Source of the DNA: Zygnema circumcarinatum SAG 698-1b
Taxonomy: Eukaryota > Plantae > Zygnematophyceae
Direction of reading: 5' to 3'
DNA length: 64,000 nucleotides
Assembly: GCA_037447605.1 (NCBI GenBank)
Contig: CM074811.1
Coordinates: 868,001 to 932,000, forward strand
The position numbers and the translations under genes were made by a program. The notes beneath the pieces were generated by a model. That model was not told where the DNA came from and searched no databases. It saw only the letters and a list, made by a program, of their open reading frames with translations. Shown piece by piece: positions 32,925 through 46,390 of this stretch; the stretch's first letter is position 1, and every line of letters begins with the position of its first letter.

Positions 32925-35900
32925 TCACGGGGCTGCATGCCCTAACTGTGCATAATGGCACTCTACCTGCAGCCGTTGATGCAGAGGCGCCTTCCCCATC
33001 AACCCCTTCTCAATGTCACTTTCAAGCTCCCGCAGCGGCACCGCTACAAAGAAGTCTTTGATGAACTGCCCACATATCTTCATTGGCAATAAGGCTTCGT
33101 CAACCGGCTGCTCGGTCACCTCCAAAACAAAGTCCTCCCTGACTGTAAGTTCCCCGAGACTCACTTCAACTTCCGGTTCTTTCTGGTTGAGACAAGCACT
33201 CTCGGGTTCTGAAGGAGCGGCAGCTTCACAAGCACACTTCGCGCCTTTGGACGAGGGAGGAGCAGGAGTGGGGCTTATCCGAGAAAGAGAAGTCCCGGAA
33301 TCGAATCGAATAATATAAGCTTGCTTGCATCCCTCATAAAGCCTCTCCCCAAGAGTGTCCACTATGTAACACCTATCCGCTTCCAACACCAGAACAAAGA
33401 AATGGTCGTTCCAGCTGAGAATATAGACTCCCGAGCCTGCATTAGAAATCTCTTCCCAAATTGACTCGAAAGACATAGCACAGTCCAAGAAACTGAGGCT
33501 TTCCATCAATTCGGTCGGCCCACCCGCCTGCTCCTTCACTGCAGGTCGAAAGAAACCCACAAAGGACCTCTCTGATAATAACTGCAGACTTCCATTCCTT
33601 GCCTCCACTACTGTCTCCAAATCAAAATGCTTGTCTGCAAACCTCACTTTATACGCCTCCACTTCACACAATCTCCTCCATTCTGCAGACCCCTCCTTGA
33701 TAATATCGTCAAACTCAGCTTTGCTGGGCATGGTCGAATTGGACAGTAGCCATTCTGCCAAAATGGCCACTAGAGCCGCACAGGCACCTTCTCCTGCAGC
33801 ACTCTCGTGGCATTGGTCGATTCCCGCAAAAAAGACATCTGTGTTCAATTTCACCCCTCCGTCGCGGCTAATCACCTCTCTTCTCTCCCACTTTCCTACA
33901 CTAAACGCTTCACCAAAGACACTGCTCACAAGGTCATTCATGCTCTGAGAATGTGCCGTCCTCTGCAGGAACAACAAGAGAGAAGGGATTGATGTCAGAT
34001 GAGCAGAATTCCACAAAAAACATCGATGGAATTCACCTGCTACGCAATTTATGGAGTAAGCCTGGATTTTCCGCCATCAGGCGAAAGGTAGATACTCACA
34101 CTAAGCTTCTGCAGATGGAGTGGATGCTCCGCCTCTGCCTCCTCCGCCTTCCTCCTGTCCCAGTCAATCTCATCTCCTCCATCCTCCCCATAGGCCTTGT
34201 TCAAGAGAGGCTCCTCCATAGCCTTTGGAGACCTATTCCCCAACTTTCTCTTCCCTATGATAGCCCAAGCACCCGTGCTTACGGGCATTTTCAAGGAAAG
34301 CCCGCCGGCAATTCCAGAACGCCCCTCAGGGCCATCCTCTGAGTCTGATAATGAATCTTGATCCATCTGAAGAGTTGGGCTTGCAAGAACGTCCTGAGGA
34401 AGGGCCTTTGAAGCTGCACTAAACGATAAACTCATTCCAAAAAATCGGCGACTAGCTTGCGCCTGCTGCTGGGATGGGGGAGGGGGAGATGGAGGGACAG
34501 TAGACGTCGATGCATCATCCTCTGAAGAGGACGACTCAGATCTAATCATGGCGCTCATCTTTGGAGTGTCAGGACTGCTTAAATGATCCTTTGATGCAGT
34601 CGGAAGGAGGGCTGGGATCGGCAAGTCATTCTGCACAGCAAGATTGACTCCCACAATTCGTCCATATCGCAGTGCATCATCGTTTTCACAGTCATCATCC
34701 TCGGTCTCATCCCCCGTGTATTGAGAAGAGCCCACTGACAAATCCAAGGCATCTAGGAGGCGCTTCTGATCACCCTGACTTGCAAGATTCTCCTTCCCTG
34801 TATTCCTCCCTCTCGATAAAAAGCTCCCCAAAGCAAGCCTTGACACTGCTGGCTTTGAAGCGCCCTTATCCTTCTCAGCAAGCGGCTTTTCTGACAGTTC
34901 CTTCTCCCTGCTTCCTTCATCTGCTTCCTCTGGGTCATCATCAAGTAGCGGTAGAAGCAGAGGCTTCGCCTTTCCAGAACTAAATGGGCCACCTGGCGGA
35001 GGTGCTGTCCCTGCCAATGTACATTCCACTACGGACCCCACAGAGTATGCGCGAGTCGGATGGGCATCCATCACATCTGCATCATCGCATACATCTTCAA
35101 GCCGAAGTGTGACCTGAGAAGGGATCACAAGCACCAATGGTCAGTTTTAGCGTCTCACTTTTTAACAGTCGATAGCCACGTGCACAATGAATTCGTAGAG
35201 CCTAGTAAGTAGAACACCAGGCTTGCACCCCTGCGGATAGTTCTCAAAGCTTCATCAATCAAATATGCCGCCTGTTTGAAATAGACAAGCTGAGAAACAA
35301 AGAGGAGTTCGATCCTTACCATCAAAGACCCAACAGTTTCGGCTCCTCCCTCGCCTTTGCTGACGGGAAAAATCTCTGTCCTCTTCGCAAGTTCAGAGAG
35401 ACCCGCAAAATTCGCGAGGTCCACCACCACTGTCCCCATGGTAACGGGCTTGTCTACTGCTGTGCCTATCACCTGTAAGAATGAACGAAGAATAAGTCAG
35501 GAAAAATGCGTTTGATGAAGGTTAAACGAGCTTCAGCAAAACATTTTGCTATCCGAAACTTTTCCTTCTAGGTCAAGCAACATTCGATGGAAATTCGCGA
35601 ATGTTAAAGCTCCATAAAAAAACCGTCACAAAGAATAAGAAAACTCTCTCGTCTCACCTTCCGCAGCACGAAATGCACCTCCCATGACTGAAATGAAACT
35701 TCTCGGTGGTCTCCAGTCCCCTTCACTGACTGCACCAGAAGGCATTCGTTCTGAAAATCTTCATCCCATAGAATAAGGTCCCCTGAAGGCTGCAGGGCTG
35801 TCTTTCCCCTCTTCAAACTCTTCCGCAGATTGATGAAGGACGACGATGGTTTCGGCCCCTTCCATTTCACATCCACATAGAAACTCACACCTTCTCCCTC

Positions 35901-36014
35901 CTCTGGAGCCAACATCATCATCGCCCCTCGGAACTCGTGAACTGTGAGCAAAACCGCCACCCTTTTGTTCATCACTGCCGGGCGGGAGGGCCATCTCATA
36001 ATTGTAATGGGCAT
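32925..36014 (-). CDS. Plant NT-C2 (EEIG1/EHBP1-type C2) domain protein with conserved C-terminal domain
   Basis: Exons 35658-36014, 35320-35472, 34100-35113 and 32925-33962. N-terminal MRW...VDVKWKGPK...WDEDFQ..C..W is the NT-C2 domain. C-terminal AAGEGACAALVA...WR.LCE...DKHFDLETV...SWNDHFFVL...DTLGERLYEGC.QAY matches the At3g11760-like family as recalled. Confidence 0.92.
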
Positions 36015-38269
36015 CCCGATAACTGTTCTTGTCTCTTGTATAGAGCTGTTTAACGAGCACGGGTTTAGAAGGCAAAGCTGCCTGATGTATGACCTGCAAT
36101 AAAGCAGCAAATATTCCTTCAATCAGCCTCATGTGAAACAAGCAGGGCCATGAGTAGACAAGACACAGGAGGGGTGACGTACTCCTGGGACCCTTCAAAG
36201 TGCAAACCGTTTGCAAAAGGCTTCCGGCAGAATACAAACGCACGGAGCTTTGCAGGTATGATTGAACGATATCTATGACGTGCAATGTTACCCCTATGGA
36301 GCAGTCTCGGGACTTAATGAATGTCAAGTCCTAATGCACATTCAAGACAGAAAACAAGTCCTATTACGAACCCTCCGCGGTACAGCTCCAAAGCCGTGCT
36401 AGATTTTAGAGTCCACGAAGTACCCTTTAACAAAAGAAAACATAATATATTCCTGACCAGACTGATCAGCCTGTTTATCAGTCCTACAATCCAATTCGTT
36501 CTTCTAATCAAGAGAATCAATACGAACAGCTGCTCTAATCCACCCCGGCCTCCTGAACCACTGGAGGAACAGTTGGAACACAACAATTATTATCCACTTT
36601 CTGCAGAACATCAATCCACAGCAGTATCATATTGAAGGTGACGAACATTGATCCAGAGATGGCGCCTACTGTTACGATAAAGCCAAATACTGCCACATTA
36701 CTCAATATTGCAGCACTGCCAAAAGTTGAATAACCGGTGATGTCTTCAAAACCTACGAATCTCCACCTATCAAGCATTCCTGATCCAATTTTGATGCATA
36801 CGCGCTATATAAGCAGGCTTCCAACTGCAACAATCCTGCACAGGCCATTCAACTCACCTTTAAAAAACTAGCGAAAGACGATTCCAAGAACCAAAACTGA
36901 TGAATAAATACTCGCCCGAAGAACGATACACTCCTAAAATCCTACGCCGAGTTCTTGCTTCTCCCGCAAGAAACCGCGTGCTGATTCAGGCGACCGTCCC
37001 TTACAGGCAATCAGTAGGGCTTGGCAGCCATGGCTGACCTGCAGGGAAGCAGGGACCTGCAGTCAAGGCAGGCAGGCAGAGAGCACCTTCTCCTGCAACA
37101 TCACTTCGGTCCGTATGTAGACTCCTGCAGCCGCAAAATTAATTATGTTCCGGATGTCTGCACATAACGTACGAAAACGAGTCGCAGTACGGATAGTTAT
37201 GTACGAACGGTTGAACTTGTACAGCGGAACGGGTTGTCCCACTTGGTGCTGAGCTGGAAGTCGCGACAAAAATCGATATCTTGGATGAGGATTTCGTACA
37301 GGAATTTGAAAACTATATCCGTACGGATAAACAAAAAACCCGTCGGTACAAAAGTTTGGAACTACACGAGAAGCCCAAGTTCCCGTCGTCAGCCATTCAG
37401 AATACAGAGTGCCTGTCGCATGGAAGTCGCAGAAATATTCGACCAATCAGATGCGTCAGCGACAAATCGGTCGCCAATCAGACGATGCTTTCTCGCTTCT
37501 TTCAATGGCCAGTCAAGGAGAGTCGCTGATAGGTGACTTCCAAAGAGAACAAGTACGTCTCCCCGAAGAAATTTGTCGACAAGTGGTACTAGTTTCATGT
37601 TCAGTGCGGCGAGCTGAGCCCGGCCGCTTGAACGGTCAGCTGGCCAGGTGGCGTGTGGGGCCCGCCACTTCCCCCCTTTCCCCGCCCCCCCGGACGGCGG
37701 CGCGCGGTCGCCTCCGACTGGCCCGCCAGATACGGTCAAAAGTGTACGGTCACTTGGACTGGAGGCACCACGGACGGCTGCGGTGCTTCCTCCAGCACAC
37801 GTGCCTTTCCCTCATTACCGCTTGCACGCAACTTGCGCTGTTCCATGAGCCGTTTAACTCTGTGCCCTTATGGGGACTTAAATTCAGCAGTGTGTCGCTA
37901 GTCCTGCCGCCCGCGTCACCTGACTGCTGCTTTCAGTGAATGTTACCAAAAAAAGTTTAGCGCTGACACTGCCCGGCCTTGACATGTCGGCGCATGCCAC
38001 GTGGCATCCTGTCGCGGCAACCACGTCACATCGATCTCAATCTGTCAGGCGGTTCGTACGATTCCAAATCCTCGTTCAAAACGCACCGTACATGTGTGTC
38101 GGAAGGCGACAGTCTTGGCAGGAAGCGAGATCGCGCCTGGCCGCCAATCAGGACGAAGGGCAGGTGCGTGTTCGTACAGAAACATGCGGACAAAAATATG
38201 TACGACTGACACGCTCATGTGAGTCCCGACCAAGTCGCCTCGTGAGCATCTCCGACGTTCTTGAAATTA

Positions 38270-38508
38270 GGGGGAGTCAGACTTAGCACATGGCCAAATG
38301 AATTTAGTACGCCTATCGGGCGAATCAAGCATTGACTGGGTACGCATTTCGATACGGCTGGGTTCGGCGGAGCCGCGGATCCCGACCGGAGCCGCGGATC
38401 CCGACCGGAGCCGCGGATCCCGACCCGGAATACGTACACGAAACTTTTGACTTTTAGTATACTAAATTCAGGAAATTAGTACGCTCCGGGCTGAGTCTGA
38501 GCCTCCCC
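38270..38508. mobile_element. Tourist/PIF-Harbinger-like MITE, copy 1, with an internal 19-bp triplication
   Basis: TTA|GGGGGAGTCAGACTTAGC ... GCTGAGTCTGAGCCTCCCC|TAA. CGGAGCCGCGGATCCCGAC occurs three times, against once in copy 2. Confidence 0.75.
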
Positions 38509-39638
38509 TAATAATTCCTCGTATTTTTAGTGCTGCCTGCCGCCTTCACGGCTTGAGGTACTCTCGGTTTGTTTGCCATTTGAAACGAGCACAGATTAAA
38601 CTAGATCGAAAGAGATGAAATTATAAGAAATAATGGCTTTACATCAGCCAAAAGGCTTTGCTTCACTTTCAAACAAGATAGAGAATCCGCGAAGTTGAAA
38701 AGCAGGTGCTGCCTACAATGGAAGAAGTTCGAAGTTTCTGAAACGTTTCTTTCAAAAGGACCTGCTGCAGTTCTTGCTGACCGAGTACGCTCTGTTGGAA
38801 GAGGAAAAGGAACAAATTTTTTTTTTTTTTTTTGGTTAATGATGGCTCTGATAGTGACGATCTACAATTAGTTGGAAAGTCCCCTGCCTCTGAAGACAAA
38901 GTCACAGATTCTTTGCTAAAAAAAAAAAAAACTAAACTAACTACAACTATAACTATATATATATGTTATTACTATAACTTTGGGAGCTTCTTTGCACAGC
39001 GAGGCAGCGAGACAAAATATATAGCAGCTGTTTTTCTTTCGTTTACGGTATTTATAAACGCAAATTGCTCATCTTGTTTTTAGGTGACTGGTGAATAATA
39101 ATAATAACAATAGTAGGTCTTTCGCACTTTCGCTCTTGGTTTTGGAAAGACAAATTAAATTTCTCTCCTAGAGCTAAATCTAATTGCAAAGCAGCCAAAG
39201 CTATATACTCTTTGCTTCGCTACTGCGCACTTCAAAGCCTAATTTTTTGGTCCTTAAAAAGCTGCTGCTTCTCCTCGCATTATTCCTTCGAAGGCCACTT
39301 TTTGCTTCTGCAAATTTTTTTAGGGTTTGATACTTATTTTCTTTAGTCGGACCGTGCAAGGAGCAAGAAAGACTCTCTGTACGGCTCTTCTCTCCCACTG
39401 ACACTCCCACTGAGCACCGCCATGGCTCCCTAAACCCTAAAAACCCTCCTGCTCACCGACCTTCCAAGGCAGATCTGACCGTTTGCCGTACATCATCACC
39501 AAAACCAGGCCCACCTCATAGTCACAATTTGCGAAATTCGTGGTTGCCTCTAGAGCCGTGTTGTTGTTGGGCCTAGAAGCAACATGCCACTCACGCCCTT
39601 TCTTTCGTGCCTATGTCATTTGCGGTCCATTCACATTA

Positions 39639-39849
39639 GGGGGAGTCAGACCTTGACCAGGGCCAAATCAATTTCGTAAGCCTGTCGGGGCGAATTAAGC
39701 ATTGGCTAGGTACTGTACGCATTTCGGTACGGCTATGTACGGCGAAGCCGCGGATCCCGATCCGGAATTCGTACACGAAACAAGTGACTTTTAGTACAGT
39801 ACAAGGAATTCGGGAATTTTTTAAGCGATGGTCAATGTCTGACTCCCCC
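39639..39849. mobile_element. Tourist/PIF-Harbinger-like MITE, copy 2
   Basis: TTA|GGGGGAGTCAGACCTTGACCA ... TGGTCAATGTCTGACTCCCCC|TA. The internal sequence is collinear with copy 1. Confidence 0.8.
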
Positions 39850-39854
39850 TATTA

Positions 39855-40053
39855 GGGGGGGTCAGACATTGACCATGGCCGTACTAAATTCCCGAGTTTA
39901 GTATTACTATCAAGTTTTCGTGTTACGAATGCCGGTTCGTGATCCGAAGCTCCGCCGGACATAGCCGTACCGAAATGCGTACCTAGCCAATGCCTAATTC
40001 GCCCGGAGGGCGTACTAAATTCACTTGGCCATATGCTAAGTCTGAACACCCCC
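39855..40053. mobile_element. Tourist/PIF-Harbinger-like MITE, copy 3, inverted and abutting copy 2
   Basis: GGGGGGGTCAGACATTGACCA ... GCTAAGTCTGAACACCCCC. The internal sequence is the reverse complement of copies 1 and 2, and only TATTA separates it from copy 2. Confidence 0.8.
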
Positions 40054-40468
40054 ACTTTGTTGACTGTATTAGCTTGTCGTTGAGCGCCGTGACCGAAGGG
40101 AACAAGCGACGGCGCTCGGCAGCTGTGTCGGGAGTGCAACCGCTTTAACTGCTCGCTTTAACTTATTTTGTCGCTTAGCGCGCCCCGCTGCATCCCGGGA
40201 GGCGGAACACGCCAAGTGGAAGATTATTGGTGTACGAACAATCTCGAACGGACACTTGTTCTCTCGAGCTAGGCTTGTGCGGCTGATGAGAGAGCGCCAC
40301 GTGTATATTCGTACGGTAACCGCCGCCAAGTCGGCCGGCAGCCAACAATCGACCTTGCGTGCGTTTTCGTCCTCAGCAAGTACTGAAGATTTTTTCCTCC
40401 AATTTCCGGTACGTACGGTGGTAACTCCTTTTCCTTTCACCGGAAGGACCTTTTGTGAGCGGTTGGCT

Positions 40469-40531
40469 CCTCGTGGTTCCCCATGTTGTTGTTGAACATA
40501 AGATGGCGCCGCCATGCGTGAGACCAATGCC
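40469..40531 (+). mobile_element. Diverged orphan 3'-terminal remnant of the CRE-like retroelement (copy 4)
   Basis: cctcgtggttccccatg...gatggcgccgccatgcgtgagaccaatgcc matches copies 1 and 2. Confidence 0.5.
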
Positions 40532-41231
40532 TCTTGTATTTCTGAGTCTGACACGCGCTGATGTCAACCTCACGGGACCCGATTCAGTTAAACAACACAT
40601 CTTAGGAAGAATTTCTGTTGCAAAATTTCCTTTAAACTACTTAACTACTTAATGTTGTTATTCTTGTTTCTGTGGTTGTTGTGGTTTCTGTTGTTCTTAC
40701 TTAAAGTTTTCTTGAAAATGTATGCGTTTCAATTTGAAGTTTAAGCTTCTTCCCTCGTTTCAGCTGCTGCAGCCACCCAGCTGAAGCACGTCCCCTTCTG
40801 CCGAACAGGCTGTAAAGAAGCAATCAGTGAACCTAGCTCTGCCGGTAAGTAAAAAGGTGGGAGCTCCTCTGTCCTTTGCAGTACAGGAAGAGGGAAACTG
40901 CACCGACGTCAGAAACGTGCATCGTTTTCAAAAAAACGTCAAAAAGTTGCTAGCTTCAGTCACTGTACAAGGGCTGCGTGCCACCACCGACCACCACCAA
41001 CTACAACGAGCAGCCCGAAAAAATTCCGCTTCAATACCGAAAGGAAAAAGAATTACTTGAGAGAGAGACAGAGCTTCAGCCCTGCCCTTGCCGCTCCTAC
41101 TCTATTACAACTCTATACAGCAAATATCCAAGAAAAAACTTGTAATCCCCTTATAACCAAACCTTAATATTGCCAGAAGTAAAAAAAAAAAAAAAAAAGC
41201 CGGTGGGGAGGGGGGGGAAAGGAAATTAGGG

Positions 41232-41422
41232 TCAGCTGTATTGCGCCCTCGGTCTGGTTCGAACCGGCGTCCTCCAGAGGCGGAGCAGCCACTCGTTGAG
41301 AGTGCGCGCACTCGCCATGAGGAAGTTGAAAAAGGAGCCCGGCCAGTACGCGGGGTGGAGCACGCGGAACCCTAAACTTATCAAGTTTCGAAACCGCCGA
41401 CCCACCTGCAAGCAGAGGAGAG

Positions 41423-41467
<45 letters not shown>

Positions 41468-44400
41468 CAGAATAGCACCACAGTTTATTAATGCAACGCA
41501 GAGACATATATGCAATAAGAAGGAACGTGCAAGGGGGATTTTGGTTGCAACCCTAAACACTAAAAAATGAACTCCTTGATTGTTCTCTTCTTTACCATAA
41601 GGATGGAACCTTTTCTTTCTGGACATGGGCTACAAAGAAGAACAAGTCCATCCTACTTCGTGAAACGGAAGACAAGGCCTTTCTTTTCATGCCCAATACT
41701 AGGGTTTTTAGGGTTTTTAACCTACGGTTTGCTGAGTTTCTTCAAATGATTCCATTAAAGCTAAATGCAAACTTGAGCGATTGATATGCTATTGCTTTTC
41801 GGAGACATATAAGGGAACATTGCCCGCATAAAAGGTTACCGGATAAAGGTAGTCGAGAGTCGCTCTCGCCGTGTGCCGGACGGCTCGTGTGGGGAAGAGG
41901 GGGCCGCCGGGGGAGGCCATGCTATAAAGGGCCACCTGCAGCCGGATGCTGCTCGTGGTTCTCATCTCAACACCTGCAAAAATTCGACCCTTCCTTTCAG
42001 TTACATTCTGTTACAAGCCGTTTTCCGTTCGCAGTCAAAGCAGGAAGGTTTGAATAGAAGGGATTGAACAACACGAGCGAGTGAAAACGGGAAGGGAGGA
42101 TTAGTGTCGTGACGTGAAAATTTGACAGGAAAATCACAGTTTCCTGCTCTCCTTTAGCAGCTCCTGCCCCTCACTTCCCCCCCCCCCCCCTCCCTGTCTG
42201 TCACAGTCACCTGCCCCTTCCTCTCTGTCCAAATACTGCCCATTCTTCCACCCCCCCTCTCTCTCTCCCCCCTGTCTAGACACCTAACCTTTCGTCCCCT
42301 GCCCCCCCCCCTCCCTCTCTCTCTCTGTGTCGCAACGACCTTCCTCTTCCTCCCCTCCCTCTCTCAATCTCTCCCCCACTTGTCTGTCCCAACGATTGGC
42401 AGAAAGGACGAAAAAAGGATGGACACGCAGAAAGCCAAATTGCCCATTAACTATACATCATTTCATTAATCAAATTTCAGAGCGAATGCATAAAGAAATT
42501 GAAATATTTATGTGAATAAGGGCATAGTTCTAAACTGAAAAAGGGCAATGAAGTAGCAACCTTTAAGGGCACGCGAGCATTCCAGGAATCGGAGCAGCAC
42601 AGGCTCCACTTTTATCTTTTGTAGCTGCTCCCTCCAAAGAGAAAAAGGAGAGAAAATAAGAGAAAAAACGGAAAAGAAAAGCCAAAGACTTTGCAACACT
42701 TCGTCGTATTCAACACGGAAGGATCGAAAGCAGTATTTCAGTATAGTATTCGTTTCAGTATTTCCGTAGATGTCTACGCTTTTCCTCTCCCTCTCACATC
42801 AGCTAATATCAATACGGATGAGTAACAAACAATAAAAACATGTGTTGGTAGAAATTAAGGCCAAATAAACTTGGCTTAGTCATGCCAATGATGTTAATAG
42901 GGCCTTCAGAAGTTCAGGAAAGTAACTCTTTAGAAAAATAAGCAACTCTCATTCAGGATTATGGGCTTTTCAAAAACTATGAAGAACAAGAAAACCCCAA
43001 AATCCAAAAAAAACTTGGAATTTTTTGACCCAATCATAATATCGATCCCCGATCCCAAAATGGTCAAGTGACGGCGCTACCTGATTGGTCAATTCCGTCG
43101 CAAATACGTCAGAAGGGCCTCCAAGAAACGGATTTCCTACTGAGGGAGGAATGGAAGATATGAAGAGTTCCAGTTTATTCCCTGTTGGAAAGGGCAATAC
43201 AAGATGAAAAAGAGAAAATGCATGCATGGAGCAGCAAGGCCAAAAGAGAGGGCGAGAGACAGGGGTGGGGGGGAAAGAGAAGGGGAAAGGGAAAGGGGAG
43301 GCGAGAGAGGGAGGGACGAGAGAGAAGGGGGGGAGAGACGGGGAGGGAGAGAGAGAGAGGGGGGAGAGTGGGGGGAACAGTGAGGGGGGAGAGAGAGAGG
43401 CAAGAGAGAGGGGAAAGAGAGAGGGGAGAGAAAGGGGAGAGAGAGAGGAGGGGAGAGAGAAAGGGGGAGAAGGGGGAGAGAGAGAAGAGGGAAGAACGAG
43501 GGGGAAAGAGAAAGAGGAAAGAGAGCGTGGGGAGAGAGTTAGGGGAGGAGAGAGAGAGGGAGAAAGAGAGGGAGAGGGCGAGGGAGCGGGAGACGGAGAG
43601 AGAGAAGGGAAGAGTGGGAGGGGGGGAGAAGGGGAGGAGAGGGGGGGAATGGAATAGCAACGAAGGTCCCCGGATGTGTCGAGAAGGAGAATCTCACCAG
43701 GTTCGTAAAAGAAGAAAAATCGACACAAGAGATGCACCAAATCCCTTCGCGCCTGCCCTTCAAAAAAAAGTGTCAACATTCAAATCTCAGAACCCTCCTT
43801 ATTATGATTTTCCATATTCTGGCCAAGCACATAGCCTAACGAATAGAGCAGTACTGACAGTAAGAGGAGAAAAACAAAATTTCCTCTGTACTAATGTTAC
43901 CTAAAGCGACAGGTTTTGGTTATGGAAAGAGAGAGCGAGAGAAAGAGAGAGAGCGAGAGAAAGAGAGAGAGAGAGAGAGGAAAAGAGGGAGAGAGGAAAA
44001 CTGAGGGGACAGAAGGGCAATAGAGAGCGCAAATATGAGAAAACAAGGGAAAAGTTGGGGACGAGAGAGGTAGAGTGAGGGGGAGTCATAACGGAACGGA
44101 ACCCCCTCTCTCATGAGGGAATCATATATCGCCCCGAGAGTGAGAGAAATACTAATAAGCTATTTAGCAATGTACTGGCAGCGAAATTCAAGGCCCACTC
44201 CCTATTTTGCTATCATACCTGAGCTGGCACTCTGTTTAATCGTGTTGGGAAGAATGAAACGTCATAGACTACAAACTGCACGCACACAAGAGAGAGAGAG
44301 TGAGAGAGAAAGAGGGAGAGTGTGGAAGAAAAAGAATGATGAAGTAACCGTGAAGGGAGAGGAAGAGTGAGTCTGTCAGAATAAACATGTGGAGGTGCCC

Positions 44401-46390
44401 CACTAAGCTCTCACTTAGCCACTGAACAGAATTCAGGTCCATTCATTCGGTCATACATTTTGATGCTCCTGAGGGAGGGAAATCAAGAAATCAAAAGCCT
44501 TCACAATGGTTACAGGAATACAAGAACCGTTTTGTGTGTGGTGATCAGTCAGTCACGAATCAGTTTAATCACATTCAGAACTGTGTCCCGAACGACTGAC
44601 CTATGGAGTGAAGCAAGATTCACTTGGCATCGTTCACTTCAGAATCGACAAGAGAGTGGAAGACAGAGGTCAGATAGGAAGAGCAAGAGAGGGAGAGAAA
44701 GAGGAGAGAGAGAGAGGGAGCAGGGGACGAGTCAAGAGGCATTTTACCAAATAAAGCGGTTTGAAGCGCCGTACGTTGCTCTGTACATCGATCCTGCAAG
44801 CAACCGAACAATTCGATTGAGAAATTTCAGCGCGTAAACAAGTGAAGTTGGTGCACAACAGCATCCCATCGAGTTTCTCTCTCTCTCTCTCGCTCTGACT
44901 CGCTAACCTCTCTTTACCATTCACAGACTATGCCTGAATACTTTCTTTAAACTAAACTAGCCTGCTTGCACACAAAGAAAAATGTGAAACTGTGAAACTG
45001 CACCATAGAACGTCTCCCATGCCGGTGATAAAGGCGCGAGAGTATCGTTGAATTTCTTCAGCATGCGCCGCAGGGGCTTCAAATAACTGGTGGCCAGAGA
45101 GGGGAAAGGAGAGAAAAGTCAAGTTCAAGAATTTCCTTAATGACCAAAATAAGCGACGAAACGTGCCATAAAGTATGACTTCCTTTCTGTATGATTTCAA
45201 ACTTTCACGGTTAACGAGGGCAATAAGGAGAGGCGTGTGCATAGCTTTGTGGATTAATTTGTGAATGAAAAATCATAGTCTTGCATTAGAAGGTTCAAAT
45301 TTGTCAATAAAATCGACAGTAAGGATCATCGAGTATGCGGGCATAAACCATCGCTTCTTGATTCACTAATGATAAAGCAGCCACATCCAGTGCCCTTGTA
45401 TTAGACGCTTCTTCTAACTTCTTACAGACACCTAATAATTTACTAACTTGCGCTCTCTAGAAGCGAAGAAAACATGGGACTTCAAGTCTTTTAGTGCGAC
45501 AAGGACCATACCCATTGATGGAGCAATAGGGTAAATATTTGAGAGGTAAAAGGCTGACTCCACAGCGGGGAAAACAGAGGGAGTAAAGCGTCTCCATCGT
45601 CAGGTTTCTGTGCATAGTGTTCCGCCAAAATTTCGTAAAAACAAACTGAACTGTTTTGTTCGCTGTTCGATGGCTCCTTTGTCTCCCCATAGAGGAGGCC
45701 TTCAACGAGCGGTGTATACAATCACACACAAAAAAAAAACAATCAGATGAAGGGAGAACTGGCTTAAAGGAACGGATGAGCATGCTTATAAGGTGAACGA
45801 GCTTCCCCTAAAAATATTAAGAGGATACAAGGTACATGGCGTCTCATGACGCAGAATAAAACGTGACACAGCCCAACAGCGAAGCTATCTCTGCTCCGTC
45901 GACTAAAACCGACTAGACAGTTCATTCTATGCTCAATTTGGAAGAGCCATCACAAGTTTTATGAGGTAAAATTTAAACGACGAGATTGCCATTGCCGGAA
46001 TTCAACATGCAGCTATGCAAATTTAAGCATAAAAGCACCTCCCTTTCTCCTCACACTCCTCACGTCTCATTCTCTTCGTTCGCTGATCTTCTGACTAGCA
46101 CTTTGCCCTCCTTCCCTCTTCCTTCTCTCCTTCTTTAATTGCTTCAATTTCCACATACCTTGCGCTCTGCTATCCACCTCGAAAGCCACATCCGTGAACA
46201 GCTGTCGCAGCAACTCCTGCCGCTGCGCCGTTGAAGAATTGGAGCCTGCCTTCCTCAGCTTCCGCTGCACCTCTTCAATCAGTCGGTCCCGATAGGGAGA
46301 CTCGGGCAGAGCTCTCCTTCTCGCCAGGCTGCCCTTGCCACCATCCACACCGTCCAAACTCTCCATTCCTGAAGACTCCGCTCGCACCAT
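41232..46390 (-). CDS. Conserved uncharacterised plant protein (resembles the At5g59960-type family; function unknown)
   Basis: Spliced peptides: QELLRQLFTDVAFEVDSRA; CFYEILAEHY..LWSQPFTSQIFTLLLHQW|LFE; W|IDVQSNVRRF; ARRDLVHLLCRFFFFY; LGGPSDVFATELTNQ|LQKIKVEPVLL; SPGGPLFPTRAVRH; VGRRFRNLISLGFRVLHPAYWP...AQYS*. The locus name is from memory and unverified. Confidence 0.88.
43235..43655 (+). repeat. Long GA-rich polypurine tract (CT-rich on the sense strand), intronic
   Basis: About 420 bp made almost entirely of G and A. It is the source of several spurious ORFs. Confidence 0.9.

Noticed and set aside
36130-37530. Short ORFs upstream of the NT-C2 gene, including a hydrophobic 80-aa ORF
   Set aside because: No recognisable motifs; consistent with a long 5' leader or promoter and chance ORFs.
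38373-38430. Short direct repeats superficially like a CRISPR array
   Set aside because: Head-to-tail 19-bp tandem with no spacers, inside a MITE, in a eukaryotic genome with no cas genes.
38560-39425. Possible small minus-strand gene starting at gccATGG near 39423
   Set aside because: That frame stops after 26 codons and no consistent spliced ORF or homology was found.
40764-41060. Apparent spliced plus-strand ORF (AAATQLKH...|VQEEGNC...)
   Set aside because: Needs a 37-nt intron, has no start codon or homology, and probably lies in the 3' region of the convergent gene.
41250-41275. GGTTCGAACC B-box-like motif suggesting a tRNA or SINE
   Set aside because: No T-arm or cloverleaf pairing, and it lies in the last coding exon of the minus-strand gene.
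43137-43904. Long ORFs of 143-269 aa
   Set aside because: Polypurine/polypyrimidine intron tract; only the short flanking exons are real.
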